Assembly (NCBI GenBank): GCA_022616075.1 | Contig: JAKEFK010000048.1 | Coordinates: 2,371-66,370 of the forward strand | Direction of reading: 5' to 3' | DNA from: a bacterium | Lineage (GTDB): Bacteria > Acidobacteriota > HRBIN11 > JAKEFK01 | DNA: 64,000 nucleotides | Shown: positions 9,747 to 18,261 of the stretch, in pieces | Layout: each line of letters begins with the position of its first letter | Position numbering within the stretch: position 1 is the first letter of the stretch | The notes under the pieces: generated by a model | The model's database searches: none | Told to the model about the DNA's origin: nothing | Seen by the model: the letters and a program-made list of their open reading frames with translations, nothing else | Position numbers and translations under genes: made by a program

Positions 9747-10531
9747 AGAGAACTCCACCGGATAAACCACAATTCAGCTACAGAGTTAGACTTTCCGAAC
9801 AACCACTTCCTGAAATTCTCTTTACCATAGCCCAATACAAAGTCCCGGGAGTCGTCACAATCCTGCACGAGGGGATCACAAAGCAGGTTTTCGTGGACGA
9901 AGGAAACATTATTTTTGCGGCATCGAATTCTCCTGATGATCACCTGGGAGAGTTTCTTTTTCGGTGTGGAAAGATCACACGCATGGACTATGACAAATCG
10001 ATTGAGCTGATGGCACAACAGAAAGGAAAGTGGCAAGGGGAGATTCTGATTGATATGGGATCCTTGCAAAGAGATGAATTGCCGTGGGCCGTGCGCAGTC
10101 ATCAACAAGCGATCGTATGGTCCTTGTTCAATTGGTTCGAGGGTGAAGTCAACTTTCAACTCGGAAAGTTCAGACATTCCAAGCCGATCCAGCTGGATAT
10201 TCCGATTCCGCGCTCTATTCTGGACGGAGTGCGCCACATCCAAAATGCAAAACGGGTCATTGGTTTGATGGGAAACCGTGAAACATTATTGCGCGCTGAA
10301 GAGAATGCCCTCCTCTGCATTGAACTCTACGGAGCCGAAGAAAAAGAGCGAACGGTTTTACGTCTTGTAGATGGAAAAACGAATCTTTACGATCTATGTG
10401 CCGGCTCGCCTTATAGCCCTCATGAAACTGCCAGAATCCTTTATGGTCTATATACGCTGAAACTCATTTATAGAAAAGATTCAGAGGGAATCCGGATTGT
10501 CTCCGGTTTACAGGCGCCTACTTTTCAGTAG
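9743..10531 (+). CDS. DUF4388 (PATAN-like) domain protein
   Basis: LSEQPLPEIL, GNIIFAASN, LGEFL, LFNWFEGEVNF, C-terminal wHTH-like LVDGKTNL; ATGA overlap with the upstream gene. Confidence 0.75.
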   Translation: MKRTPPDKPQFSYRVRLSEQPLPEILFTIAQYKVPGVVTILHEGITKQVFVDEGNIIFAASNSPDDHLGEFLFRCGKITRMDYDKSIELMAQQKGKWQGEILIDMGSLQRDELPWAVRSHQQAIVWSLFNWFEGEVNFQLGKFRHSKPIQLDIPIPRSILDGVRHIQNAKRVIGLMGNRETLLRAEENALLCIELYGAEEKERTVLRLVDGKTNLYDLCAGSPYSPHETARILYGLYTLKLIYRKDSEGIRIVSGLQAPTFQ

Positions 10532-10540
10532 TTAGCATGA

Positions 10541-10619
10541 TGAACTGCCAAGACGCCAAGGCGCCAGGAAGAGAAAATACATTCTAGAATCTTGGCGTTC
10601 TTAGTGTCTTGACGGTTCA
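10541..10619. repeat. palindromic repeat, family B (CGCCAAG units...CTTGGCG)
   Basis: TGAACTGCCAAGACGCCAAGGCGCCAG...CTTGGCGTTCTTAGTGTCTTGACGGTTCA. Confidence 0.75.
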
Positions 10620-10630
10620 ATGCATTTCAT

Positions 10631-11830
10631 ATGGGAATATTATTACGCTGCCATAGCATTCCTGAAATCGATACGATCGATGTTTATCTGCGTCATGGTG
10701 GTTATCAAGCTTTGGCGAAGGCAGTCCGGCTGGGCCCCCGGGAAATCGTGGAACAGGTGCGCAAATCAGGCCTTCGTGGAAGAGGGGGAGCAGGTTTTCC
10801 AACCGCAACGAAATGGGACGCTGTGCTATCACAGGAAAGGAAGCCTCACTATCTCATTTGCAACATAGCGGAGGGAGAACCTGGCTCGTTTAAAGACCGG
10901 GAACTCGTTAAAAACCCTCATATGGTTCTGGAATCAACGGCCATTGCCGCTTTTGCGGTTGGCGCTGAAAAAGCGTTTCTGTTTCTACGCGGCATTTTTG
11001 CAGAAGAAGAAGAGAGTCTGAAAAGGGCTTTGATCGCGGCGCGGAATCACAAATTTCTGGGCAATGACGGAATGCTGAAAGTGGAGCTGGTGATACACTG
11101 CGGTGAAGATTCATACATTGCCGGTGAAGAAACCGCAATGATTGAATCTCTGGAAGGAAAGCCAGCAATTCCCCGGGTGAAACCGCCACGTCCCCACGAC
11201 TATGGCCTCTGGGAGTGCCCGACAGTTGTGAACAACGTGGAAACGCTTTGTAACACCATCCCGATCCTGATGCAAGGCTCCGAGACTTTTCGCAAACTGG
11301 GAACAAAGGAATCTCCCGGGTCAAAACTCTTTTGCCTTTCAGGGCAAATTCGCAAACCGGGCGTGTACGAATGTCCGTTGGGCATCCAGCTTTCAACTTT
11401 GCTGAACGATTTCGGTGGTGGTCCGCTGCCTGGGAGGCGATTCATCGCAATTTTTCCCGGCGGTCCTTCAACCCCAATCGTCCCCGTGGAATTGGATCCC
11501 TTCATGGATTTCGAAAATTTACAAAAAGTGGGGAGTCATCTGGGAACCGGCGGCGTGATTGTTATCGATGATTCGTCCGATCTCCGGCAAGTTGCTGTCC
11601 AAACCCTTTCTTTCTTTATGCGCGAAAGCTGCGGCGTTTGTCCCCCTTGCTTCATCGGAACACAAGAACTTCATAAATTGTTTCAAGTGCAACGTTCCGA
11701 TGTTTTGAAAATTCGAGAATTTTGTGAAATGATGAAATATCGCGGTCAATGCGCGCACAGCCGGGCCGCAGCTCTAACATCTTTAAGTTTTTTGAATCAG
11801 TTTCCACAAGTCTTTGGGACGAATGTTTAA
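10631..11830 (+). CDS. stand-alone NuoF/HoxF-like NAD(P)H-binding FMN/[4Fe-4S] subunit
   Basis: GLRGRGGAGFPT, EGEPGSFKDR, YIAGEETAMIESLEG, NNVETL, ESCGVCPPC...C; no other nuo genes nearby. Confidence 0.9.
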   Translation: MGILLRCHSIPEIDTIDVYLRHGGYQALAKAVRLGPREIVEQVRKSGLRGRGGAGFPTATKWDAVLSQERKPHYLICNIAEGEPGSFKDRELVKNPHMVLESTAIAAFAVGAEKAFLFLRGIFAEEEESLKRALIAARNHKFLGNDGMLKVELVIHCGEDSYIAGEETAMIESLEGKPAIPRVKPPRPHDYGLWECPTVVNNVETLCNTIPILMQGSETFRKLGTKESPGSKLFCLSGQIRKPGVYECPLGIQLSTLLNDFGGGPLPGRRFIAIFPGGPSTPIVPVELDPFMDFENLQKVGSHLGTGGVIVIDDSSDLRQVAVQTLSFFMRESCGVCPPCFIGTQELHKLFQVQRSDVLKIREFCEMMKYRGQCAHSRAAALTSLSFLNQFPQVFGTNV

Positions 11831-11906
11831 CCGCCAGGCCGCCAAGGACGCCAAGAGATAAATTCTCTTGATTCTGAAAACTTGGCGTTTTGGCGGCTTG
11901 GCGGTT
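11829..11906. repeat. palindromic repeat, family B
   Basis: AACCGCCAGGCCGCCAAGGACGCCAAG...CTTGGCGTTTTGGCGGCTTGGCGGTT; overlaps the upstream stop codon. Confidence 0.8.
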
Positions 11907-11924
11907 TTCTAGAAGGAGGCAGCT

Positions 11925-12710
11925 ATGGAATGGGTTCAATCATACACGGAGTTCTTGTTCAGATGGATACACGTTGCCGCAGGCATTGTATGGATCGGCC
12001 ATCTCTATTTTTTTAATTTCGTCAACGCACACGTAGCCAAAACCTATGATGCAGATTCAAAAAAGAAAGTGGTACCGGAGCTCATGCCCCGTTCGCTCTA
12101 CTGGTTCAGGTGGGGCGCGATGTATACATGGATTTCAGGAATCTTCCTTCTGGCTTTCTCTTATTACATGGCAAACAACATGGTTCCGGAAGGAAGCACG
12201 ATGTCCAACGGAACGGCAAGTATTCTTTGCCTTGTGATACTTTTCGTAGCGTTTTTTATTTACGATATCGTCTGGAAAGCTGTAAAGAATGAAACCGTAG
12301 GCGCCGTCATTTCTTTCTTGCTGGTGGTCGCGGTCCTGTTCGGACTTTCCCGAATTCTCATTGGGCGCTCCGTATACATTCATATTGGGGCTTTTTTCGG
12401 CACGGTTATGTTCATGAACGTTTGGATGAGAATCTGGCCGGCCCAAAAGAAAATCATTGCTGGAATCAAAGGAACCGCAGCCGCCGCGGATCCTTCCGTC
12501 GTTGCGCTTGCCGGCCTTCGTTCAAAACACAACACGTATATGAGTGTGCCTCTCGCCTTCTTCATGGTCTCCAATCATTATCCGGGATTGTACGGCAACC
12601 AGGAGTATGGTTGGCTGATCGCAGCCGTGATCGTTCTGGTAGGCTGGCTTCTTACAAAGTTCTTGTACGTAAAATCAGCGAGCGCAGCTCCTACGAAGAT
12701 CGGTGACTAA
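11925..12710 (+). CDS. PuuD-like (urate oxidase N-terminal) membrane protein without the cytochrome c domain
   Basis: FRWIHVAAGIVWIG, WFRWGA, MNVWMRIWPAQKK, RSKHNTYMSVP, SNHYP; no CxxCH; RBS AGGAGG. Confidence 0.8.
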   Translation: MEWVQSYTEFLFRWIHVAAGIVWIGHLYFFNFVNAHVAKTYDADSKKKVVPELMPRSLYWFRWGAMYTWISGIFLLAFSYYMANNMVPEGSTMSNGTASILCLVILFVAFFIYDIVWKAVKNETVGAVISFLLVVAVLFGLSRILIGRSVYIHIGAFFGTVMFMNVWMRIWPAQKKIIAGIKGTAAAADPSVVALAGLRSKHNTYMSVPLAFFMVSNHYPGLYGNQEYGWLIAAVIVLVGWLLTKFLYVKSASAAPTKIGD

Positions 12711-14443
12711 TTTCCGCGGACACCAATCTTCTGCAGAAGGAATCCGAATCCGGATTTCATTGCTTCGAGATAAGCTGAGACTTTCCCGGGGCGCGAATGC
12801 AATTTACCCGTTTCGAAGAGCCTTTTCGTTTCGAGCCGTTTCAATTTGCCGCTGGAAGTTTTTGGAAGCGTTCCTGCCGGAACGATCACCACTTCATCCG
12901 GCGAAATTCCAATAGATTCAGAGAGACGGTTTCGAACGTTCCGCCCCAGAGGTTCGTCATGGTTTCCTTTTCGGGTTTCAGCGATGAGGACCAGCGCTTC
13001 CCCGTTTTGTTTGGCCGAACTGAAGGCCACAACGTTCCCGGTGCGAATTCCTGGAACTTCCGACGCAATGCTTTCCAGATCATGCGCATGAAATTTTTTC
13101 CCGCGGATAATAATGACGTCCTTGCTTCGACCGCAAACATACAACTCGCCGTTAACAAAATATCCTAAGTCGCCTGTTTTGAGCCATCCATCCGAAGTCC
13201 TTGAATTACGCGTGGAATGCTCGTCTCCAATGTATCCCGGAGTCACAGATGGTCCGCTCACCTGTACCTCCCCTACCTCGCGATCTGCCAGCGGCGCACC
13301 GTCTTCAGTCGCAACGCGCACGGACAAACCGGGCATCGGTTCGCCACACGAAGCGATCCAGACAGAATGAGAATCCTCTCCGTTTACCGGTTTCGCAAAT
13401 CGCGATTCAGATAATGCCGCGAGGTCCACTCTATCGGACTTCAGCCCGCGCAGGAATGGTGTGAATGTAACAGCCAGAGTAGCTTCTGCCAAACCATATG
13501 CCGGCACAAGCGCGCCCGCTTCCAAACCAGCCGGTTGGAAATGCTCCACAAATTTTTCCATGGTTGCGGGAAGAACCGGTTCGGCGCCACAAATAAAAGT
13601 CGTCATGCTGGATAGATTCAATCCGCTGACATCCGAGATGCGTCGCGCGCAAATACCGTACGCGAAATTCGGCGCCGCCGTGTGAGTTCCGTGATGCTCA
13701 GTGATCAATTCCAGCCAGAGACGCGGTTTTTTTAAAAATACAATCGGTGGCAATACAACAAGATCGCAAGGCAAAGTGATTGCATTCAAAACGGTCCCAA
13801 TCAATCCCATGTCGTGATAAACAGGCAACCAGGTTACGACGCTCGAGGACTCGCTCATATGAGAGGCTTGACGAATCATCCACAAATTGGCGGCAAGGCC
13901 ACGGTGCGATACAAGCACGCCTTTTGGATCTGACGTGCTCCCCGAAGTGAATTGCAAAAAAGCCACGGGATTTTCAGGATCTACAGAATCATCGTTGCAT
14001 CCATCCGCGATTAATGTTTCGAATCTCAATACATTCCGGACGGTTTTCGTTTGATGCGAAATCGAACCAAGAAAAGAGTAAGTTTGTCCTTCTGCGATGA
14101 TCATCGTAGCCGTTGATCTTTCGGCAACATGTTTGATGAAACGCAAAAACCCGGGAACAGCCTGCAAATTGAGCGGCGGATAAACCGGAGTCGGCGGACA
14201 ACCGAGCATCATACAACCAAGAATTGCAAGAATGGCCGCCTGTGGATTCGTCATCACCAGAATAACAGGATCTCCAGGTTGAATTCCTTGCATCCTTAAA
14301 CCATTCGCAACTCGACCCGCTTGATTCATCAGCTCCGCATAGGAATAATGCTTAACAGCGCCGGTGGCGTCGGCAAAACGAACACCTTTGGAATTGACTT
14401 TGCCCAGTTCTTTAAACTTCGCGGTAATCGGAATCTCGTCCAT
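12707..14443 (-). CDS. fatty acyl-AMP ligase (FAAL family)
   Basis: FLQFTSGSTSDPKG, WLPVYHDMGLIG, AYGLAEATL, TGDLG, GRSKD, LPKTSSGK; start moved to the ATG at 14443. Confidence 0.9.
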   Translation of the reverse strand: MDEIPITAKFKELGKVNSKGVRFADATGAVKHYSYAELMNQAGRVANGLRMQGIQPGDPVILVMTNPQAAILAILGCMMLGCPPTPVYPPLNLQAVPGFLRFIKHVAERSTATMIIAEGQTYSFLGSISHQTKTVRNVLRFETLIADGCNDDSVDPENPVAFLQFTSGSTSDPKGVLVSHRGLAANLWMIRQASHMSESSSVVTWLPVYHDMGLIGTVLNAITLPCDLVVLPPIVFLKKPRLWLELITEHHGTHTAAPNFAYGICARRISDVSGLNLSSMTTFICGAEPVLPATMEKFVEHFQPAGLEAGALVPAYGLAEATLAVTFTPFLRGLKSDRVDLAALSESRFAKPVNGEDSHSVWIASCGEPMPGLSVRVATEDGAPLADREVGEVQVSGPSVTPGYIGDEHSTRNSRTSDGWLKTGDLGYFVNGELYVCGRSKDVIIIRGKKFHAHDLESIASEVPGIRTGNVVAFSSAKQNGEALVLIAETRKGNHDEPLGRNVRNRLSESIGISPDEVVIVPAGTLPKTSSGKLKRLETKRLFETGKLHSRPGKVSAYLEAMKSGFGFLLQKIGVRGN

Positions 14444-14459
14444 AAACGTGTAATTATAC

Positions 14460-14484
14460 TGCGGGCTGGAAGCCCCTGCGCTCC
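14460..14484. repeat. single arm of a family C repeat
   Basis: TGCGGGCTGGAAGCCCCTGCGCTCC, nearly identical to 35438-35460. Confidence 0.6.
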
Positions 14485-14531
14485 GTAGTGAGAATTTCTT
14501 GCTCCGCGGAACGTCCATTCATTGAACGGAT

Positions 14532-15089
14532 ATGTTTGAGTACTCGAATGCCCTGTGTAACCATGACAATATGGCCAAATCTCGCGATGAAAAAGAAGCG
14601 GAGTTCCTATCCATTCAGCGGGATTATGGAAACCTGATCCGAAACGCAATTCATCGAGTTTATCCCTCATTTTCCGATTTCGATCTGCAGGACATCGAAC
14701 AGGAAGTTCACATTAAAATCTGGAAGCTGCTCGATAACAGTCAAAAGATTGTTTACCCCTCAACTTATTTGTACAAGATGGCCGCAACGACAGCCATCGA
14801 TGTTTTGCGAAAAATGCGTTTCAAACAGCAGGAGACCATCACCGAAGCAACTGCGGGGGTCAATCCAAATACGGAAAGCCGTTTGTTCGACGTCCTGGAG
14901 AACGTGTTGAACAAACTGGCGGAATCCAGGCAAATTGCGGTTCGCTTCTATCTGCAAGGTTACAGCGCTGATGAGATCGGCAAGCTAATGCAGTGGAGCA
15001 GCGCGCGCGCAAGAAATCTCGTTTATCGTGGACTGGAGGACCTTCGCGTTTTGCTGAAAGAAGAAGGAATTTATTATGAAAGTGAATGA
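14532..15089 (+). CDS. ECF-family RNA polymerase sigma factor (start may be 14571)
   Basis: DIEQEVHIKIWK region 2, YLYKMA..TAIDVLR, region 4 GYSADEIG...ARNLVYRGL. Confidence 0.9.
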   Translation: MFEYSNALCNHDNMAKSRDEKEAEFLSIQRDYGNLIRNAIHRVYPSFSDFDLQDIEQEVHIKIWKLLDNSQKIVYPSTYLYKMAATTAIDVLRKMRFKQQETITEATAGVNPNTESRLFDVLENVLNKLAESRQIAVRFYLQGYSADEIGKLMQWSSARARNLVYRGLEDLRVLLKEEGIYYESE

Positions 15090-17286
15090 AGAAAAATTGA
15101 TAGAAGCCTATGGAAAAGGAGCAGGCTCGAGTAACAGAAATGAATGCCCGTCCGCTGAGATACTGTTTGAGCTAGCCAGCAATAACCTGGCAAAAGCGGA
15201 AAAGCTGAAGTGGATTCAGCATATATCCAGGTGCCGTGAATGTTCCTCTGAAACTCGGGTTCTCTTAGCCTCAGCACCTCCTGTGAAGCGCGTAAGGATC
15301 GTTCGCTCTTCCGTTTTGACGATCGCCGCCAGCATCATACTCTTACTTGCAGGCGGCCTGTACCTATACAAATTCCAAAGGGAACAACCTTATCAACGCG
15401 TCCGTATCGCGTTCCTCGACCCCAGAAACAACACCAACAATCAGCAGCTGAACGCGATTGCTGCAATGTTAAGCACTTCACTCGAACAGTCCTCTCAGGT
15501 ACAGGTGATCAGCCGTGCCATGATGGTCGATGCAGCAAAACGCTCTGGACAGTCCAATGTAAGGATGCTGGACGAAGCCGCGGTTCAGACAATCAAAGAC
15601 AAATTTTCTCCAACCGCCATCGCATTCACGACGATTGAGAAAGATCCGGAAGGAATAGCCATTCATGTAAACTTGAAAGATGTAAAAACAGGCAAACAAC
15701 TTTACTCTGGCAATCAGAAAGCGCGGGATCTGGCTTCCGTTCCCTTTCATCTCGATGAAATTTCCCGCTCCTTGCGCTCTCATCTTGAGGAAGATCAACC
15801 CGCCCTGAGAAATTCAAAACGGATCAGCGAATTGACCACTGAAAACATGGCTTCCTATTACCACTATTTCAAAGGTGAAGACTTGCTCAACAGGCTCTCT
15901 TTTCGCGAAGCGGAAGCCGAGTTTGAACAAGCCGTTCAAATGGATCCGACTTTCGCGATCGCTCATTACAAACTGGCTTTTGCGCGCTGGACATCGGGTG
16001 AACCGGCGCGCGACGCAATCGCGAAAGCCATGAAATTCAAGCGCAAAGCTTTGCCAAAGGAACAGAAGCTCATCCGCGCTTATTCCGAATACATCAATGG
16101 AAAACCGCATCAAGCGTTGCGCATTTACCGGAGCGTTCTTCAGACTTATCCGGAAGAGAAAGAGACTCTTTACATGGCAGGTGACGTCTCCTTTCATGGA
16201 GGGGATTACGCGACCGCGGAATCCTATTTAAGAAAAGTTCTTGAGCTGGATCCGGCCTATGGCCTGGCATACGATCATTTAATTTTGATCTACGAAGGTA
16301 CGAATCGCTACGAACCGCTGGCGCATCTCGCTCAGAAGTTCGTACAAAATGTCGGCAGTGAACGCTCCTATAAACTGTATGCCGACGCTCTAAACTTGCG
16401 TGGAGAATTTGAAGCGTCGCGCCATACCTATGAAACTGCGAAAAAGATTTTCACATCCAGCACGATGCCTTTGATCGGTATCGCTGAAGATGTTCTTGTG
16501 TTCCAAAATCGATTTCCGGAAGCGGAATCAACCGTCCGCGCTTTGCTCTCGAAGTCTGAGGACACGCAACGGCAAGCTTACAGAAGCCTCACAAGAATCC
16601 TTGTATATCAGGGGAAATATCGCGAAGCTTTGGAAGCATCGAACCATGTGGTTGAACTCGATCGGAAGTCAAAGGATTCTCAGAACCTGGCAAGAGCATA
16701 CGCTCAAAGAGCTTTCTGGTTGCTCACTTTGCGAGGGGATCAGAAAGGCTTTGAAATTGAAATGAATAACGCGCTAAAAGCGGATACTCATCATGATGAC
16801 TTTCTTTACATTTATCTTTTCCAGAACTACCTGCTGGCTGGCCGCATTCCCGAAGCAGAGCAAATCGCGAGGGAGAATATTCTTGATTACGGATTCTATC
16901 CGGACATGCTGAAGGCATTTGACGCGCGTAAAAAACGGGACCATCAGCAGGCAATTCGTGTGCTGAACGATTTGGAAACGCGGGGAGAACCCTGGAGCCG
17001 CATCCTACGCACACGGGAACTTGCCCTTGCCTATAATGAAAAAGGCGACTACCCCGCCGCATATGACACCTTTGAGAAGCTAAAAACAACTTTTTCCAAT
17101 TATCTTGGCCATCGTGCGGTCTTTTATCCGGAAGCGCTATACTATCAAGGCGTGCTGCTCGAAAAAATGGGAGACAAACAAAAAGCGCACATCACTTATA
17201 CAAACATGACCGAACTCTGGAAAAATGCGGATTCGGATATTCCTTTCTTGAAGCAAGTGAAATCACGTTTGAGCCGATCAAAGTAG
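15076..17286 (+). CDS. anti-sigma factor: zinc-finger (HxxxCxxC), TM, TolB-N-like domain, TPR array
   Basis: CPSAE...HISRCREC, one TM, many TPRs (A..LDP...AH/Y); overlaps the sigma gene. Confidence 0.8.
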   Translation: MKVNEEKLIEAYGKGAGSSNRNECPSAEILFELASNNLAKAEKLKWIQHISRCRECSSETRVLLASAPPVKRVRIVRSSVLTIAASIILLLAGGLYLYKFQREQPYQRVRIAFLDPRNNTNNQQLNAIAAMLSTSLEQSSQVQVISRAMMVDAAKRSGQSNVRMLDEAAVQTIKDKFSPTAIAFTTIEKDPEGIAIHVNLKDVKTGKQLYSGNQKARDLASVPFHLDEISRSLRSHLEEDQPALRNSKRISELTTENMASYYHYFKGEDLLNRLSFREAEAEFEQAVQMDPTFAIAHYKLAFARWTSGEPARDAIAKAMKFKRKALPKEQKLIRAYSEYINGKPHQALRIYRSVLQTYPEEKETLYMAGDVSFHGGDYATAESYLRKVLELDPAYGLAYDHLILIYEGTNRYEPLAHLAQKFVQNVGSERSYKLYADALNLRGEFEASRHTYETAKKIFTSSTMPLIGIAEDVLVFQNRFPEAESTVRALLSKSEDTQRQAYRSLTRILVYQGKYREALEASNHVVELDRKSKDSQNLARAYAQRAFWLLTLRGDQKGFEIEMNNALKADTHHDDFLYIYLFQNYLLAGRIPEAEQIARENILDYGFYPDMLKAFDARKKRDHQQAIRVLNDLETRGEPWSRILRTRELALAYNEKGDYPAAYDTFEKLKTTFSNYLGHRAVFYPEALYYQGVLLEKMGDKQKAHITYTNMTELWKNADSDIPFLKQVKSRLSRSK

Positions 17287-17334
17287 CGCGGACGTCTGCG
17301 CGCGCTGTTCGCAGGCGGGACGCCTGCGCTACTT
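17281..17334. repeat. REP-like palindrome, family A; supplies the TAG stop of the anti-sigma gene
   Basis: AAGTAGCGCGGACGTC...GCAGGCGGGACGCCTGCGCTACTT. Confidence 0.8.
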
Positions 17335-17343
17335 GGAAGGAGA

Positions 17344-17517
17344 ATGAAAATGCCTCAATACGTCATTGAAAGGGAGTTAACAGGAGTTGGAGCGTTATCA
17401 AAAGAGCAATTGAAAGAAGTTGCAAAAAAATCAAACGGCCAGGATAAAAGTTTCAATTTTCTTGGCGCCTTGGCGTCTTGGCTGTTAACTGTATACCTTT
17501 ACTTTCCAAAAATCTGA
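17344..17517 (+). pseudogene. truncated DUF4242-like protein
   Basis: RBS GGAAGGAG, then MKMPQYVIERELTGVGALSKEQLKEVAKKSNG, after which the frame runs into repeat sequence. Confidence 0.7.
17461..17488. repeat. right arm only of a family B repeat
   Basis: CTTGGCGCCTTGGCGTCTTGGCTGTTAA with no matching left arm. Confidence 0.7.
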
Positions 17518-17548
17518 TCTGTACAGGTACAGTAACAAAAGCTATGAT
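17487..17548 (+). promoter_or_regulatory. putative MocR-family operator and sigma70 promoter
   Basis: CTGTAT (17489) plus inverted CTGTAC-AG-GTACAG (17519-17532), overlapping a -35-like TGTACA with TATGAT 17 bp downstream. Confidence 0.6.
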
Positions 17549-17556
17549 AGTAGGAA

Positions 17557-18261
17557 ATGAAGCTTGTAGTCTTCGACGTAGACGGAACATTGACAGACAC
17601 CAATCAGGTGGATGGCTTGTGTTTTCGGCTCGCCTTCCAGCAGGAATTTGGTTTGCGAAAAATCTCACGCGATTGGGAATCTTATAACTACAGCACAGAT
17701 CAAGGGATCGCTACAGAAGTTCTCACCTCTTTTTTCAATAGAAACCCGCTGGATTCCGAACTTGCCCGCGCGCGCGCCCGTTTTATCCGGAACTTAAGAG
17801 AAGCGTACTGTTCGAACCCTCGGGATTTTCAAGAAGTACGCGGGGCCGGTAGTATTCTTCGTCTTCTGCGCGAAGAAACCGATTGGAAAGTGGCGATTGC
17901 CACCGGATGCTGGTCGGAGTCCGCGCGGTTTAAGCTTCAACGCGCAGGGATTCAAATGGACACACCTTTTGCTTCCTGCGAAGATTCCATTTCACGCGAT
18001 GGCATCGTCAGCCGCGTCATTGAAAAAGCGAAGGTTTATTACGAATGCAAAGATTTCAGCACCGTCGTTTTTGTCGGTGATGGAGTCTGGGATGTCACAA
18101 CAGCAAAGAATCTGGGTATCGGCTTTGTTGGGATCAGCGCGAATGAAAAGAGTCAGCGTTTGAAAAAAGCGGGAGCAAAATTCATCTGTAAGGATTTTCA
18201 GTTAACACCGGTTTTTTTAAACTACTTGAACCATTTTGACGCTTATGAATCCACAAATTGA
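17557..18261 (+). CDS. HAD-superfamily hydrolase
   Basis: VVFDVDGTLTDT, IATG, FVGDGVWD. Confidence 0.93.
   Translation: MKLVVFDVDGTLTDTNQVDGLCFRLAFQQEFGLRKISRDWESYNYSTDQGIATEVLTSFFNRNPLDSELARARARFIRNLREAYCSNPRDFQEVRGAGSILRLLREETDWKVAIATGCWSESARFKLQRAGIQMDTPFASCEDSISRDGIVSRVIEKAKVYYECKDFSTVVFVGDGVWDVTTAKNLGIGFVGISANEKSQRLKKAGAKFICKDFQLTPVFLNYLNHFDAYESTN

Noticed and set aside
10631..11830. Calling this gene nuoF of respiratory complex I
   Set aside because: No nuo operon context, a shortened C-terminus and an altered NADE motif; left without a symbol
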